Below the pieces are notes generated by a model that saw only the letters and a program-made list of their open reading frames with translations, was not told the origin of the DNA and did not search any database. The translations under genes and the position numbers were made by a program. This document shows positions 26,088 to 37,989 of a stretch of 64,000 nucleotides of DNA, piece after piece; the stretch's first letter is position 1, and every line of letters begins with the position of its first letter. The stretch is from Eledone cirrhosa (taxonomy: Eukaryota): the NCBI GenBank assembly GCA_964016885.1, contig OZ024744.1, positions 91,698,001 through 91,762,000 of the forward strand, read 5' to 3'.

Positions 26088-26210
26088 GGAAACCATTCAC
26101 TTCATTGTTTCTCTATATAAACACTAACTAACATCAATTCTGCCAGAAATATGAAACCACATTAGCAAGACATTATTAAAAGTATAAAACAGCACTATTA
26201 CTGCATCACA

Positions 26211-26439
26211 TTAACCGTTTAGCATTTAAACCAGCCATATCCAACCAGAGTTCTCTCACCTCTTTCTGTTTAAATTGGCTGTAACCAGCTGCTTATACTG
26301 ATATTAAGGTATTGTTCTCAACATAAATAACATGAAAATCTCATAGATTTGATATTATGTGAGATAATTATGTGAAATAAAATGTTTACCATGAAAATAC
26401 AATAGTAAATATAGAATAATGTAAATGCTAAAGGGTTAA
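26211..26439 (+). mobile_element. TTAA MITE (family 1)
   Basis: TTAACCGTTTAGCATTTA...TAAATGCTAAAGGGTTAA. Confidence 0.75.
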
Positions 26440-27534
26440 AAATTAATATCTTTACGCTAATACTGCAAAATGTTCACAACAATCTGTTGTAAATAGTAAA
26501 GATACTATAACAATCTGTTGTAAATAGTAAAGATACTATAAACATCTGAATTAACACACCACCCTGCTGGACTCTTTGGTTAGATGACCCCACCACTACC
26601 ACCACCACCACCACCACCACCACCACAACCCCCTCACCACCTGCCCCTCCCATATGGATGCCAAGAGTTATGCTTTCTACACCCACACCTTCTGTCTCCA
26701 CCCTGCATGACACTTTGGTTGGACGACAAACCCCCCTCCCCCCACATGGACCCCTCCCCCACATGGATCCTCCTCCTCCCTGGAGTTATTGCACCCTTTG
26801 CTCCCCCCCCCCTCACTCTATATGCTATTGTCCCCCACACGCCACATATATAATATACACATATACTCAGTTACTTTTCAAGGTTTCTTTCATAACTTTA
26901 GACAAGCCTGAGAAAAGGTTTTATTTCAGGTGATGAGAAGGGAATGGAAAGTAGGGTTTTTTTTCTTCTTAATTTTATTTATTTTTCTATTTATTTTTCC
27001 TATTATTTTCTTAATTTTTATTTATTTTTCTGTTTTTTTCTTCCTATTTCTTCATTCTTAATTTTTCTTTTTACCCTATTTTTTTTTTTTACTTTTATTT
27101 CTTTTTCTTTTTTTTCTTAATTTTTCTTTTTTTCTTTTTTTTATATTTTATTTCTTTTTATTTCTTTATTTCTTTATTTCTTTATTTATATCTATATTTT
27201 ATTTATTTTTCTATATAATAACTTTTTTTTTATTAAATAGAATATAAAAAAAGTTGATTTGCTGTTTCCTGTTTTACTATTTCAATATGAATATATTTTA
27301 TTTCCCACCAAACTGATGCCCTTTCATTGTCATAATATAAGCCCATGCCCCACCACACCTACCCCCACCCCCTCCTCCCTACTCCCTTCCGCATGATATA
27401 GTGGTATATTATAAACAATGGTCACATTTTGGTTAGCAAACACCTTTATCACTAACAATACCATTATCACCACTGGGATAATGTACTGGGATAATTATAA
27501 TTGCTGGCCTTGTGCCAAAAAGTAGAAACAATTA

Positions 27535-28070
27535 TCATCATCATCATCATCACCAACATCTACAACCATCACCACCATCACCACTAATAACAACAACATC
27601 ATCATAACCTATATTACCACCATCACCACCACCACCACCAATAACAACAACATCATCATAACCAATATCACCACAACTACCACCATCACCACCACCACCA
27701 CCAATAACAACAACAACATCACCACCACCACCACCAATAACAACAACATCATCACCACCACCACCAATAACAACAACAACACCATCATAACCAATATCAC
27801 CACAACTACCACCATCACCACCACCACCACCAATAACAACAACAACATCACCACCACCACCACCACCAATAACAACAACATCATCACCACCACCACCAAT
27901 AACAACAACAACACCATCATAACCAATATCACCACAACTATCATCACCACCACCACCACCACCACCACCACCAACAACAACAACCACAACAACACCATCA
28001 CCACCACCACCACCACCAAAAACAACAACAACAACACCATCACCATCACCACCACAACCATTACCCATCA
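27535..28070. repeat. (CAC/CAA/CAT)n compound tract with internal duplications
   Basis: Direct inspection. Confidence 0.9.
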
Positions 28071-28429
28071 ACTATGTCATTACTTTCCTTATTGTAATCA
28101 CCAACATCTGCTACCATTGCCACAGCCTTGCCACAATAACCACCACCACTGCCACAACCATAAGCAGCAACCATCTCCAACTGATCCAGCTGGATCCCCA
28201 AGTGAGACCATCCAAGCTCACGGATGTTATCCAACCATCTTGTTCAGGGTCTACCCCTGGGTCTCCTGTCAGTTGGTTTTGTAATCTGCCCAGCAATTCT
28301 TTCTTCAGACATTCTAACCACATGTTGATAGTATGGGAACTGAGATCTCTCAATTCTAAGAAGAAGTGACTCTACCAGGAGTGACTCTCTGATCTCTAAG
28401 CTATAGACTCTATCAAGTAATGTCACTCT

Positions 28430-28880
28430 GGACATGTGATGCGTATGAAGGATGACAGCTGCATAAAAAGGTGCAGGGCACTAGAAGTCTATGGAAACTG
28501 TGGAGTGGGGAGACCCAAGAAGACCTGGGATGAGGTGATAAAAGCCGACCTTACCCAATTGCACCTCTCATAGGCGATGACAGGACCGTGACCTCTGGCG
28601 TCACGTAGTAATACAGAAGACCCGACCTCCCACGGGTACAAGCCAAAGCTGAAGCATATAGACAATATGCCCCCACACCTTCCCACTGTAAAGTGGTCGT
28701 GGAGGTGTCACGGCAAAAAAGCACCCAGCCCACACTGTAAAATGGTCGTATAGGCGCCACAGAAAAAAACTCCCAGCACTCACTGTAAATGAGATTGGTG
28801 ATAAGAAGGGTATCCAGCTGTAGAAATCAAGCCAAGGTCAGCTGACCTGACACTGCCCACAACAGGACAACCCATCTAAC
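28430..28880 (+). mobile_element. RTE 3' fragment (subfamily A)
   Basis: GHVMRMKDDSCIKRCRALEV...; an inverted near-copy of 29240-29710. Confidence 0.9.
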
Positions 28881-29108
28881 GTTCAATGACCGGGTTTAGT
28901 AATAATCCGGTGACATCATCAGGTATTCGAAATAAAACAAAGGAATATAATAGACAAAATCCATAGACATGAAGGCGGCCAAACATTTAGCAGCTTATAT
29001 CCCGGTCAGCCGCCCTCAAGTTGCATTACGTCAGGTGCTCTCCATAATATTACATCGAGGTTGACCATACGGAATGACCAGTTCTATCCAGTTGTGAACC
29101 AACAAACC

Positions 29109-29186
<78 letters not shown>

Positions 29187-29189
<3 letters not shown>

Positions 29190-32100
29190 TCATCATCATC
29201 ATCATCACCGTTTTACGTCCGTTCTTCCACGCTAGCATGGGTTAGACGGGTTGTCCTGTTGTGGGCAGTGTCTGGTCGGCTGACCATGCCTTGCTCATAC
29301 AGGAACTGATCTGGCTTGATTTCTACAGCTGGATGCCCTTCCTAACACCAACCTCATTTACAGTGAGTGCTGGGTGCTTTTTCGTGGCGCCTACACGTCC
29401 ACTTTACAGTGTGGGCTGGGTGCTTTTTTGCCGTGGCACCTCCACGACCACCTTGCGGTGGGGGGGGGGGGGGACATATTGTTTATATGCTTCAGCATGT
29501 ACCCATGGGAGGTCGGGTACCCTGTATTACTGCGTGACGCCAGAAGTCACGGTCGTGTGTCATTGACTTTGAGAGGTGTAGTTGGGTAAGGTCGGCTTTT
29601 ATCACCTCATCCCAAGTCATCTTGGGTTTCCCCACTCCGCGGTTTCCATCAACTTCTAGTGCTCTGCACCTTTTTATGCAGCTGTCATCCTTCATACGCA
29701 TCACATGTCCATACCAGCGTAACCGCCTCTCCTGTACGCAGCATTTGATTCCTCTTATGCTCAGTCTCTCTCTCAATTCCTTTATGCTTTGTCGTTCACG
29801 TATATTACTGTTACACATCCATCGGAGCATGCAGGCTTCGTTTCTCTCTAATCTACGTAAGTCTTCCACCTTCAGCGCCCAGGTCTCACTACCATGCAAC
29901 ATCGCTGTTCGGATACACGCATCATACAGTCTGCCTTTCATTCTGAGGGAGAAGCCTTTTGCAGCTAGCAGTGGTAGTAGTTCCCTAAACTTCTTCCATC
30001 CCGTTCTTACCCTAGTTATTGTACTTTCTGAGCACCCACCTCCGTTGCTAATTCGGTAGCAGAAGCTGTCTACTGTTTCTACAGGGCCCTCCCAGAGATT
30101 GGTGGTACTTGTTTCCTGTGGCTGTTTGCTTGCTGTTTCAGCACAGCTGCTGCATGTGAATCCTACATTCTTAATTAAGCTTCCTGAGATCCCGCTACAT
30201 CTCTTGTGTACCCATTGTTTGCATTTGGGGCAGAGAATGGAGTTCCTACCTACACCTTTCCTACATACTGAGCAAGGCCATTTCCCTGAGGGGATCTGGG
30301 TTCTGTTTTCTCGTCTACTTATAAGGACCTTAGTCTTTGTCATGTTGACTTTGAGGCCCTTTCTCTCTAGTCCCTGCTTCCAGGTTTGGAATTTATTCTC
30401 TAGTTCTACCATAGATTCAGCTATGAGTGCGAGGTCATCAGCATACAGGAGTTCCCATGGGCATCCGGTCTTAAACTCCTCCGTTATTGCCTGCAGGACT
30501 ATGATGAACAGGAGAGGGCTAAGAACAGAGCCCTGGTGGACCCCAACCTGTACGCTAAATTCCTCGCTATACTCATTGCCAATCCTAACTTTGCTGACTG
30601 CTCCCCTATACATGGCTTGTACCGCTTTCACAAGCCATTCATCTACTCCTAGTTTTCTAAGAGCCCACCAGATTACTGCACGTGGAACTCTGTCAAAGGC
30701 TTTCTCAAGGTCGACAAATGCCAAGTAGAGTGGCTTACTTTTAGCTAGGTACTTTTCCTGTAATTGCCTCACAAGGAAGAGGGCATCAGTGGTGCCTTTC
30801 CCTGGTACAAACCCAAATTGCATCTCGTCTATATTCACCCGGTCCCTAATCAGCTGTGCTATAACTCTTTCTGTTACTTTCATGACCTGGTCCATCAACT
30901 TTATACCTCTATAGTTTCCTCTATCTAGTGCATCGCCTTTACCTTTGTAGCAGTTGACAATGATGCTACTGCACCAATCTTTTGGTATGGCCCCCTCTAG
31001 TATTACCTGGTTAACGATACGTGTGGTTATAGTGTGACCTACAGACCCAGATGCCTTCAGCATCTCGGCAGCTATACCCGATGGACCGGTTGCCTTCCCT
31101 ATCTTCATATCTCTGATTGCCTTACTTACTACGCTGCCGCTGACTTGTACTGCTGGTCCCTCTATAGGTTCTACGTGGGGTAGGGTCTCTTCTTCCCATG
31201 CATTCTCCTCATTTAGTAATCTATCATAATGACTCTTCCATGCATCTTTCTTCTCAGCACTTGTGAGGGCAAGCTCACCTTTATCATTCCGGATACACTT
31301 CTCTCCAATGACATCACAACTATCTCTGACACATTGCCTCGCAATCTTGAATACCTCCTGTTTCTGGTCCTCACGTTGTAAAACATGCTTGAATTTTCTA
31401 TCCTCTGCTTCCCTCCTAGCTAAGTATACTTGTCGCCTAGCTTCCCTCTTGGTCTCTATGTAATGTACCCTGCTCCCCCCGTTCTTCCATTCTTTCCATG
31501 CCTGTCTCTTGGCCTTGACTGCTTCATCTACCTTATTGTTCCACCACCAAGTCACTCTCCTCCTGCTTGAGGTCTTACTCCAGCCACAAACCTCATCCGT
31601 CGCCTCTAGTAAGTTATTTTTTAGGAACTCCCAGTTCTCTTCTACGTTAAATGTCTGTATCTGTTCTTCTTTACTGTCGTAGGCGTTGAGTAAAATATCT
31701 TTAAATCTGTTACTGGTTGAGGGGACTTTCAGCTTCCAGATCTTTCTTCTCCAGGTTGGCCTCTGTTTCAGGGCTCGTCTAATTCTGACCGTGAGGTCGC
31801 TGACAACTAAGCTATGTTGGGATGTACATTCCTCACTAGGGAAGGCTTTTGTGTTTACGACCGTCCATCTGTCACGTCCTCTGATGAGGATAAAATCTAA
31901 CTGACTAGAGTGCTCCCCTGATCTATAGGTGATCAGGTGGTTGTCGGGTTTTTTAAAGTTTGTGTTACATATCGACATGTCATTGGCGTCGCAGAATTCT
32001 AGAAGTCTGAATCCTTCCTCATTCCTTGTGCCAACTCCATGGCCTCCATGTACTCTATTGAAGTCATCGCAGTGTTTACCTACGTGTCCGTTAAAATCTC

Positions 32101-33577
32101 CTGCAATGATTAGGAAGTCCTTGTCGTCTGTTAGAGCAGTAGTGTGTATTAGGGACTCGTAAAACCTATCCTTAAGTTCGTCTGGCAGCCCCGATTGGGG
32201 TGCGTAAGCTGATATTATTGTGGTAATTGTCTTATTCAGGACTAGTCTGAGTTTAATGATTCTTGCATTTACCCTGTACACTGAGATTACTTTATCTACC
32301 CACTTGTCAGCTAATAGTATACCTACACCACCCATCCCATCGTCATTTCCCACCCAGAAAAATTTGTAGCACTGGCTTTTTCCTACAAGGACTCTAGCAG
32401 ACCCTCCTCTCCATCTAGTCTCTTGCACACAGCATACATCAACTTCCTTTCGCTCTAGCATTTCTACGATTTCTCCTGCTCTTCCTTTCATTGAGCCTAC
32501 ATTGATGGTACCAACTCGGAGTTTTGGGCATTTGTCGACACTCGTAGGGGAGGGTCTCTGGGTTGGCGCTTCACGTGGGTGCTTGGTAGCTCGCAGATTC
32601 ATATTTCATCTATTAATTCAGAGTTGCTCGTGTATTCCCAGCTCATCCATCCATAACGGTGGGAAAATTGAGGGCTAGAAGAACAGTGGTGGTGGGGTAA
32701 TGGCAGGGTGTGTTGGGATGCGCCAGAGGAGGAGAGAGTTAGTTAGGCAGGTAGTAGCAGCAGCAGTGGAAATGGCATGCTAGGTTTGATTGGTCGAATA
32801 GACTATGGTGGTGTGTGGGGGTGGGGGGGAGGTAAATTGTGAGGTAGGAACTGAGGGTCGCATGGTAAATAACTGAGAGAGATACAATAGGATTAGAATA
32901 CCGCATGGTAAATATCCAAGTTAATAAGTTAATACTACATCAGTAAAATTAACGTCATGAAAAACTACTAAGAGAAACCCTCGAAAATTTATCGCTAATA
33001 CAGCAGGGAAAATTTAACGCTAATACAGCAGGGAACATCATAATATTAACGACAATATGTAGGCTAAAATACCTTCGTAGATTAGATGGATGGCTGGAAA
33101 AATTGGAATCAGCTCTAGTGATACATTTTAGCAGAGAAGAATGGGAAAGTGTCTTATCTCTTCAATATTTTCAGATTGAATGAATTAGGTTAAAGACAGG
33201 GTAGTAGCCTTAAAGAAGTGCATAGAGAGGGGGGGTAGGAACTGAGGGTCGCATGGTAAATAACTGAGAGAGATACAATAGGATTAGAATACCGCATGGT
33301 AAATATCCAAGTTAATAAGTTAATACTACATCAGTAAAATTAACGTCATGAAAAACTACTAAGAGAAACCCTCGAAAATTTATCGCTAATACAGCAGGGA
33401 AAATTTAACGCTAATACAGCAGGGAACATCATAATATTAACGACAATATGTAGGCTAAAATACCTTCGTAGATTAGATGGATGGCTGGAAAAATTGGAAT
33501 CAGCTCTAGTGATACATTTTAGCAGAGAAGAATGGGAAAGTGTCTTATCTCTTCAATATTTTCAGATTGAATGAATT
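29187..33577 (-). mobile_element. Near-full-length RTE-clade LINE
   Basis: Single long ORF, 3'UTR with (GAT)n tail, and ~1 kb upstream region (5' boundary uncertain). Confidence 0.92.
29492..32602 (-). CDS. RTE ORF: AP endonuclease + reverse transcriptase + PHD-like Cys/His finger (1036 aa)
   Basis: APE motifs (TINVGSM, CVQETR, SAYAPQ, GDFNGHVG, LDFIL, SQHSLV); RT motifs (YRGIKL, QFGF, DLEKAFDRV, GVHQGSVLSP, LYADD); CSVC...CPKC..WVHKRC...CSSC. Confidence 0.95.
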   Translation of the reverse strand: MNLRATKHPREAPTQRPSPTSVDKCPKLRVGTINVGSMKGRAGEIVEMLERKEVDVCCVQETRWRGGSARVLVGKSQCYKFFWVGNDDGMGGVGILLADKWVDKVISVYRVNARIIKLRLVLNKTITTIISAYAPQSGLPDELKDRFYESLIHTTALTDDKDFLIIAGDFNGHVGKHCDDFNRVHGGHGVGTRNEEGFRLLEFCDANDMSICNTNFKKPDNHLITYRSGEHSSQLDFILIRGRDRWTVVNTKAFPSEECTSQHSLVVSDLTVRIRRALKQRPTWRRKIWKLKVPSTSNRFKDILLNAYDSKEEQIQTFNVEENWEFLKNNLLEATDEVCGWSKTSSRRRVTWWWNNKVDEAVKAKRQAWKEWKNGGSRVHYIETKREARRQVYLARREAEDRKFKHVLQREDQKQEVFKIARQCVRDSCDVIGEKCIRNDKGELALTSAEKKDAWKSHYDRLLNEENAWEEETLPHVEPIEGPAVQVSGSVVSKAIRDMKIGKATGPSGIAAEMLKASGSVGHTITTRIVNQVILEGAIPKDWCSSIIVNCYKGKGDALDRGNYRGIKLMDQVMKVTERVIAQLIRDRVNIDEMQFGFVPGKGTTDALFLVRQLQEKYLAKSKPLYLAFVDLEKAFDRVPRAVIWWALRKLGVDEWLVKAVQAMYRGAVSKVRIGNEYSEEFSVQVGVHQGSVLSPLLFIIVLQAITEEFKTGCPWELLYADDLALIAESMVELENKFQTWKQGLERKGLKVNMTKTKVLISRRENRTQIPSGKWPCSVCRKGVGRNSILCPKCKQWVHKRCSGISGSLIKNVGFTCSSCAETASKQPQETSTTNLWEGPVETVDSFCYRISNGGGCSESTITRVRTGWKKFRELLPLLAAKGFSLRMKGRLYDACIRTAMLHGSETWALKVEDLRRLERNEACMLRWMCNSNIRERQSIKELRERLSIRGIKCCVQERRLRWYGHVMRMKDDSCIKRCRALEVDGNRGVGKPKMTWDEVIKADLTQLHLSKSMTHDRDFWRHAVIQGTRPPMGTC

Positions 33578-34106
33578 TAACGTCCATCTTCCACGCTAGC
33601 ATGGGTTTGGACGGGTGTTTTCCCACTTGAGGCAAGATTGGTTGTCTTGCTCGCATAGGACTGTCTGGCGGGTTTTCTACGGCTGGATGCCCTTCCTAAC
33701 ACCAACCACGTTTACAGTGTGGGACTAGGAGGTTTTTACCATGTTACCTACATGGCCACATTACAGCGTGGACTGTGTTTTTTTTTTGTCGTGACACCTA
33801 CACGACCTCATTTATTTAGGACTGGATGTTGTGGTACCAACATAACTTTACATTGAAAGGGGTGGTGTGGATGGGTAGGGGGTAGTGGGACGGGGGTGTA
33901 TTTTTGTTAAGAGGTGCCTACTGACTGTAGGTCTCACTTTGTACTTAGGCAAGGCGGGTCTTTATTACCGTGTAGCGCCAAAGATCTTGGTTCAGTGACA
34001 TTGTCTTGGAGAGGTGTAAGTGTGTGAGGTCGGAATTTATCAAGTCGTCCCAGGTTTTTCTGGGTCTGCCTACTCCGTGGCTACCATCTATTTTTATCGC
34101 CCTGCA

Positions 34107-34110
<4 letters not shown>
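33578..34110 (-). mobile_element. RTE 3' fragment (subfamily B)
   Basis: Homologous to 1102-1873; lacks the (GAT)n tail at the junction. Confidence 0.85.
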
Positions 34111-34202
<92 letters not shown>

Positions 34203-34369
34203 ACTGTTGTTCAATCAATGATAAACATTGATTGCCAGCTAAATTAACAATAGGGATATAAAATATACAGAAGTGAAAACCAACCCAAACCAAACAGCGA
34301 GTGTGTTTTATTATATATTTCTGGCAATATTGTAACAATAATATAACAATATATATATATAAGGCGCCT

Positions 34370-34932
34370 GGCATTGGGCTTGCAATCGAAAGGTTGTGAG
34401 TTCAATTCTCGGACCAGGCGATGCCTTGTTTCCTTGAGCAAGACACTTTATTTCACGTTGCTCCAGTTTACTCAGCTGTAGAAATGAGATGATAGGAGTG
34501 GGGTCCCTATCATTAAATTACCCAAGACACCTCCATCGATGGAGGCACATGGCTTAGTGGTTAGAGCATTGGTCTTGCAATCTAAAGGTTGTGAGTTCAA
34601 TTCTCACACCAGGTGATGTGTTGTTTCCTTGGGCAAGACACTTTATTTTCACATTGCTCCAGTTTACTCAACTGTAGAAATGAGATGATAGGGACTGGGG
34701 TTCCTATGATTCCACTGCAAAGTGGTGGTGGAGGTGCCACGGCAAAAAAGCACCCAGCCCACACTGTAAAAGTGGACGTGTAGGCGCCATGGAAAAAAAA
34801 AGCACCCAGCACTCACTGTAAATGAGGTTGGTGTTAGGAAGGGCATCCAGCTGTAGAAATCAAGCCAGAATCAGTTCCCATCCTACTCTTGCAAGCAGGG
34901 AAAAGCGGACGTAAAAATGATGATGATGATGA
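34370..34932 (+). mobile_element. Partial SINE A (34370-34513) plus full SINE A (34540-34932) carrying two ~49-bp modules
   Basis: Sequence identity to other SINE A copies. Confidence 0.88.
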
Positions 34933-35679
34933 TATATATATATATATGTATATATATATGCCCGTACATACACACACACAATTGTATTGTGTAAGTATAC
35001 AGGGAAAAATCCAGAATAATAAGATTGACCACTTAACCATATAAAGTATTGACAGGAGGTACCAAATTCCGTTGTCATCGGCCCACAAAGTGGACATACA
35101 CAGTTTCGACCCCTACCAACGATACTGCTATATTAAAACCTTTCAACATAATTAAATATAAGAATTTTTTTGTTAAGTAATACTCCAGACATCAGCTTAA
35201 TAATGATGTTAGTTATATTTTTAATTTCCTGAAAATTTTGGATTACTTCCAAAATTAATTGAACCATAAAGGCAGCATATTTCATTAGAAATATGGTAAT
35301 TAAATGGTTAAATATGGTTAAATATAGTTAGGTCAGGGTTTTGCTTGCTACTGATACCATGTAACCCAGTACAACCTGCTTCATGGCTGTGTGATTGGCA
35401 ACTAAACTGTTTCATCCATCAGACCCTGGAATGGTGAGAAGGGTAAATGGAACCCTACAGCACAAAAAACAAAACAAATCAAGAGCTATTAAAAGGGGTG
35501 GTGAACTCCTCAGAGTCAACGGCCATCCACCCTACCTATGGGCTTAAATATAGCCTCACTAATCCATAATTGGCCAAGCATGGTGAGTACGGCTACACCC
35601 CTGACATGACCAAAACCAAACAGAAAGTGACGGAGGTCAACTAATTATAAACTGAAGTGAAACTGAACAGGAGTGTGTG

Positions 35680-36358
35680 CCACTACAACCACCACTACTA
35701 CAACCACCACCACCACCACCACTACAACCACCCCTACAATCACCACTACTACTGCCACCACTACCAGCACCACCACCACTACAACCACCTCTACTGCCAC
35801 CACTACCACCACCACCATAACCAACATCACTACCACCACTATAACCACCACCCCTACAACCACTACCACTACAACTACCACCACTACCATCACCATAACC
35901 AGCATCACCGCCACCACCACCACCACCACCACCACTACTACCATCACCACTACCACCACCACAGCTACCATAACCAACACCACTACAATAACCAACATCA
36001 CTACAACCACCTCTGCCACCACCATAACCAACATCATCATCACCACCAACCACTGCCACTAACACCAACACCACTACAATCATCTCTGCCACCACCACCA
36101 CCACTACCATCACCGCTACCACTACAATCACTACCATAACCAACACCACTACATCCACCACTGCCACCATTATAACCAACATCCTCACCACCACCACCAC
36201 CACAACCACTACTATCACCAACATCACCACTACCACCACCACCATCACCACCACTACCATCACCACTGCCACTACAACTACCATCACTACCATAATCAAC
36301 ACAACTACAACCACCACCACCACCACCACTACCACTACAACTACCACCACCACTACCA
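35680..36358. repeat. (CAC/TAC)n compound microsatellite
   Basis: Direct inspection. Confidence 0.95.
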
Positions 36359-37537
36359 AAATTATTTGAAACATATCAGCAGTGTTTTTATTAAAATTAT
36401 AGTAATGAGTTTGTTAATTCAAATGTTTATAATATCTTTACTTGTGAACAAATTGTTGTGAAAATTTGCAATATTAAAGTAAAAACTTCAATTTTTAAAG
36501 TGATGAAATCATAGAGCTGTTTTGTACATTTCAAGAATGTCTTGTTAATGTGGTTTAATGTGTGTTTTTTTTTAAATTTAAATTCATATAGCATTTTTAC
36601 TAGTGGACAGTTGTTGCAGTATTAGTGTAAAAACTTTTAATATTTAATATGATACAGTCATAATACTGTTTTGTACTTTACAAGAATGTCTTGTTAATGT
36701 AGTTTCATGTGGTTTGTTAATTCATATGTTTATAGTATCTTTACTAGTTGACAGATTGTTGTGGAAATTTGTAGTTAACCAAAAACATTAATTGGTAATG
36801 TGATGCAATGCAGCTATTTATGCTACATGATGTTGCATATGCACAATTGTTAATTAACACTTAACATCCAGTAATAATTCTTCAGAAAATATCTAAAAAC
36901 AGTTTTATTCAAATGTTTATAGTATGGTGTTTATTATAGGTGGAGAGATTGTTATGAAAATTTGCATTATTGCAGTAAAAAGTTTAATTTTTAATGTAAT
37001 GCAGTCATTGTGTTGTTTTGTATTTTCCAAGAATGTCTTGCTAATTTCATTTCATGAGGTCTGTTTAAGTCAAATATGTATAGTATCTTTACTATAATAT
37101 ATGATACAAGTCTACCAAATATAAACAAAATCTTTGAGTACACAGAAGCTATGAGAAGATTCTACAACAGAAAGTTCTAGATGTTTTACAGCTTTCCTTG
37201 TTTCCTCTTTTCTTTTTCATTTCCTTAGGCACAATCTGCCTATCATTGGACTTTAATATTTGAAGTTTTTATTTTTATTTTATTTTATTTTATCTGATCC
37301 CCCTTTAAAAAAAATGTTTCTTTCTTTTTTAATACTTTTTGATTACCAACTGTAAGGAGTACTCAATACTTCCCCTAGTCTGTCATGGTTTACTAGCTCT
37401 ATACAGACGTTTAAATTGAATAAATGAATAAATAATACATTGGAGCCACATCTACAGCATATATCTTCTGAATCTTTACTGTAGAATCCAGCCATTCCAA
37501 CTATCCAACCATCCAGTTATCTAGTCGTCTAGCTAGC

Positions 37538-37764
37538 CTAACACTTTAGCATTTAAACCAACCATATCAGGCCAGAATTCTCCCACCACTTTCTGTTCAA
37601 ACCAGTCGTAACTGGCTACTCATACTTATATTAAGGTATTGTTCTCAAAATAAATAATATCAAAATCTCATAGATTCAATATTATGTGAGATAAAGTGTT
37701 TACCGTGAAAATGCTATAGTATATATATGTAAATGGTAAAGTAATGTAAATGCTAAAGGGTTAA
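37538..37764 (+). mobile_element. TTAA MITE (family 1)
   Basis: Homologous to 26211-26439. Confidence 0.7.
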
Positions 37765-37989
37765 ATTGAATAAATAATTAAATAAATAAATACTAGTGGA
37801 CAAATCACTGTGAAAGATTTGCAGTATTATCTTTTAACATCCTGTAATGATTTAGTAGAAAATAACTAAAAACAGAATTTTTAAATTCAAATGTTTATAG
37901 TATCTTTATTACTGGACAGATAGTTGTGAAAATTTGCTGTAAATTTGCTGAGAGGAGCACAACATTCAGGATCCTGAAATCAGTTATAA

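Noticed and set aside
29622-32162. Plus-strand ORFs overlapping the RTE ORF
   Set aside because: Antisense shadows with no recognisable motifs.
32603-32840. HDV-like ribozyme at the 5' end of the full-length RTE
   Set aside because: No nested double-pseudoknot pattern could be found by eye.
35065-35135. Minus-strand GAAAC...GTC...CCGATGA as a permuted hammerhead
   Set aside because: Helices I and II do not pair in register.
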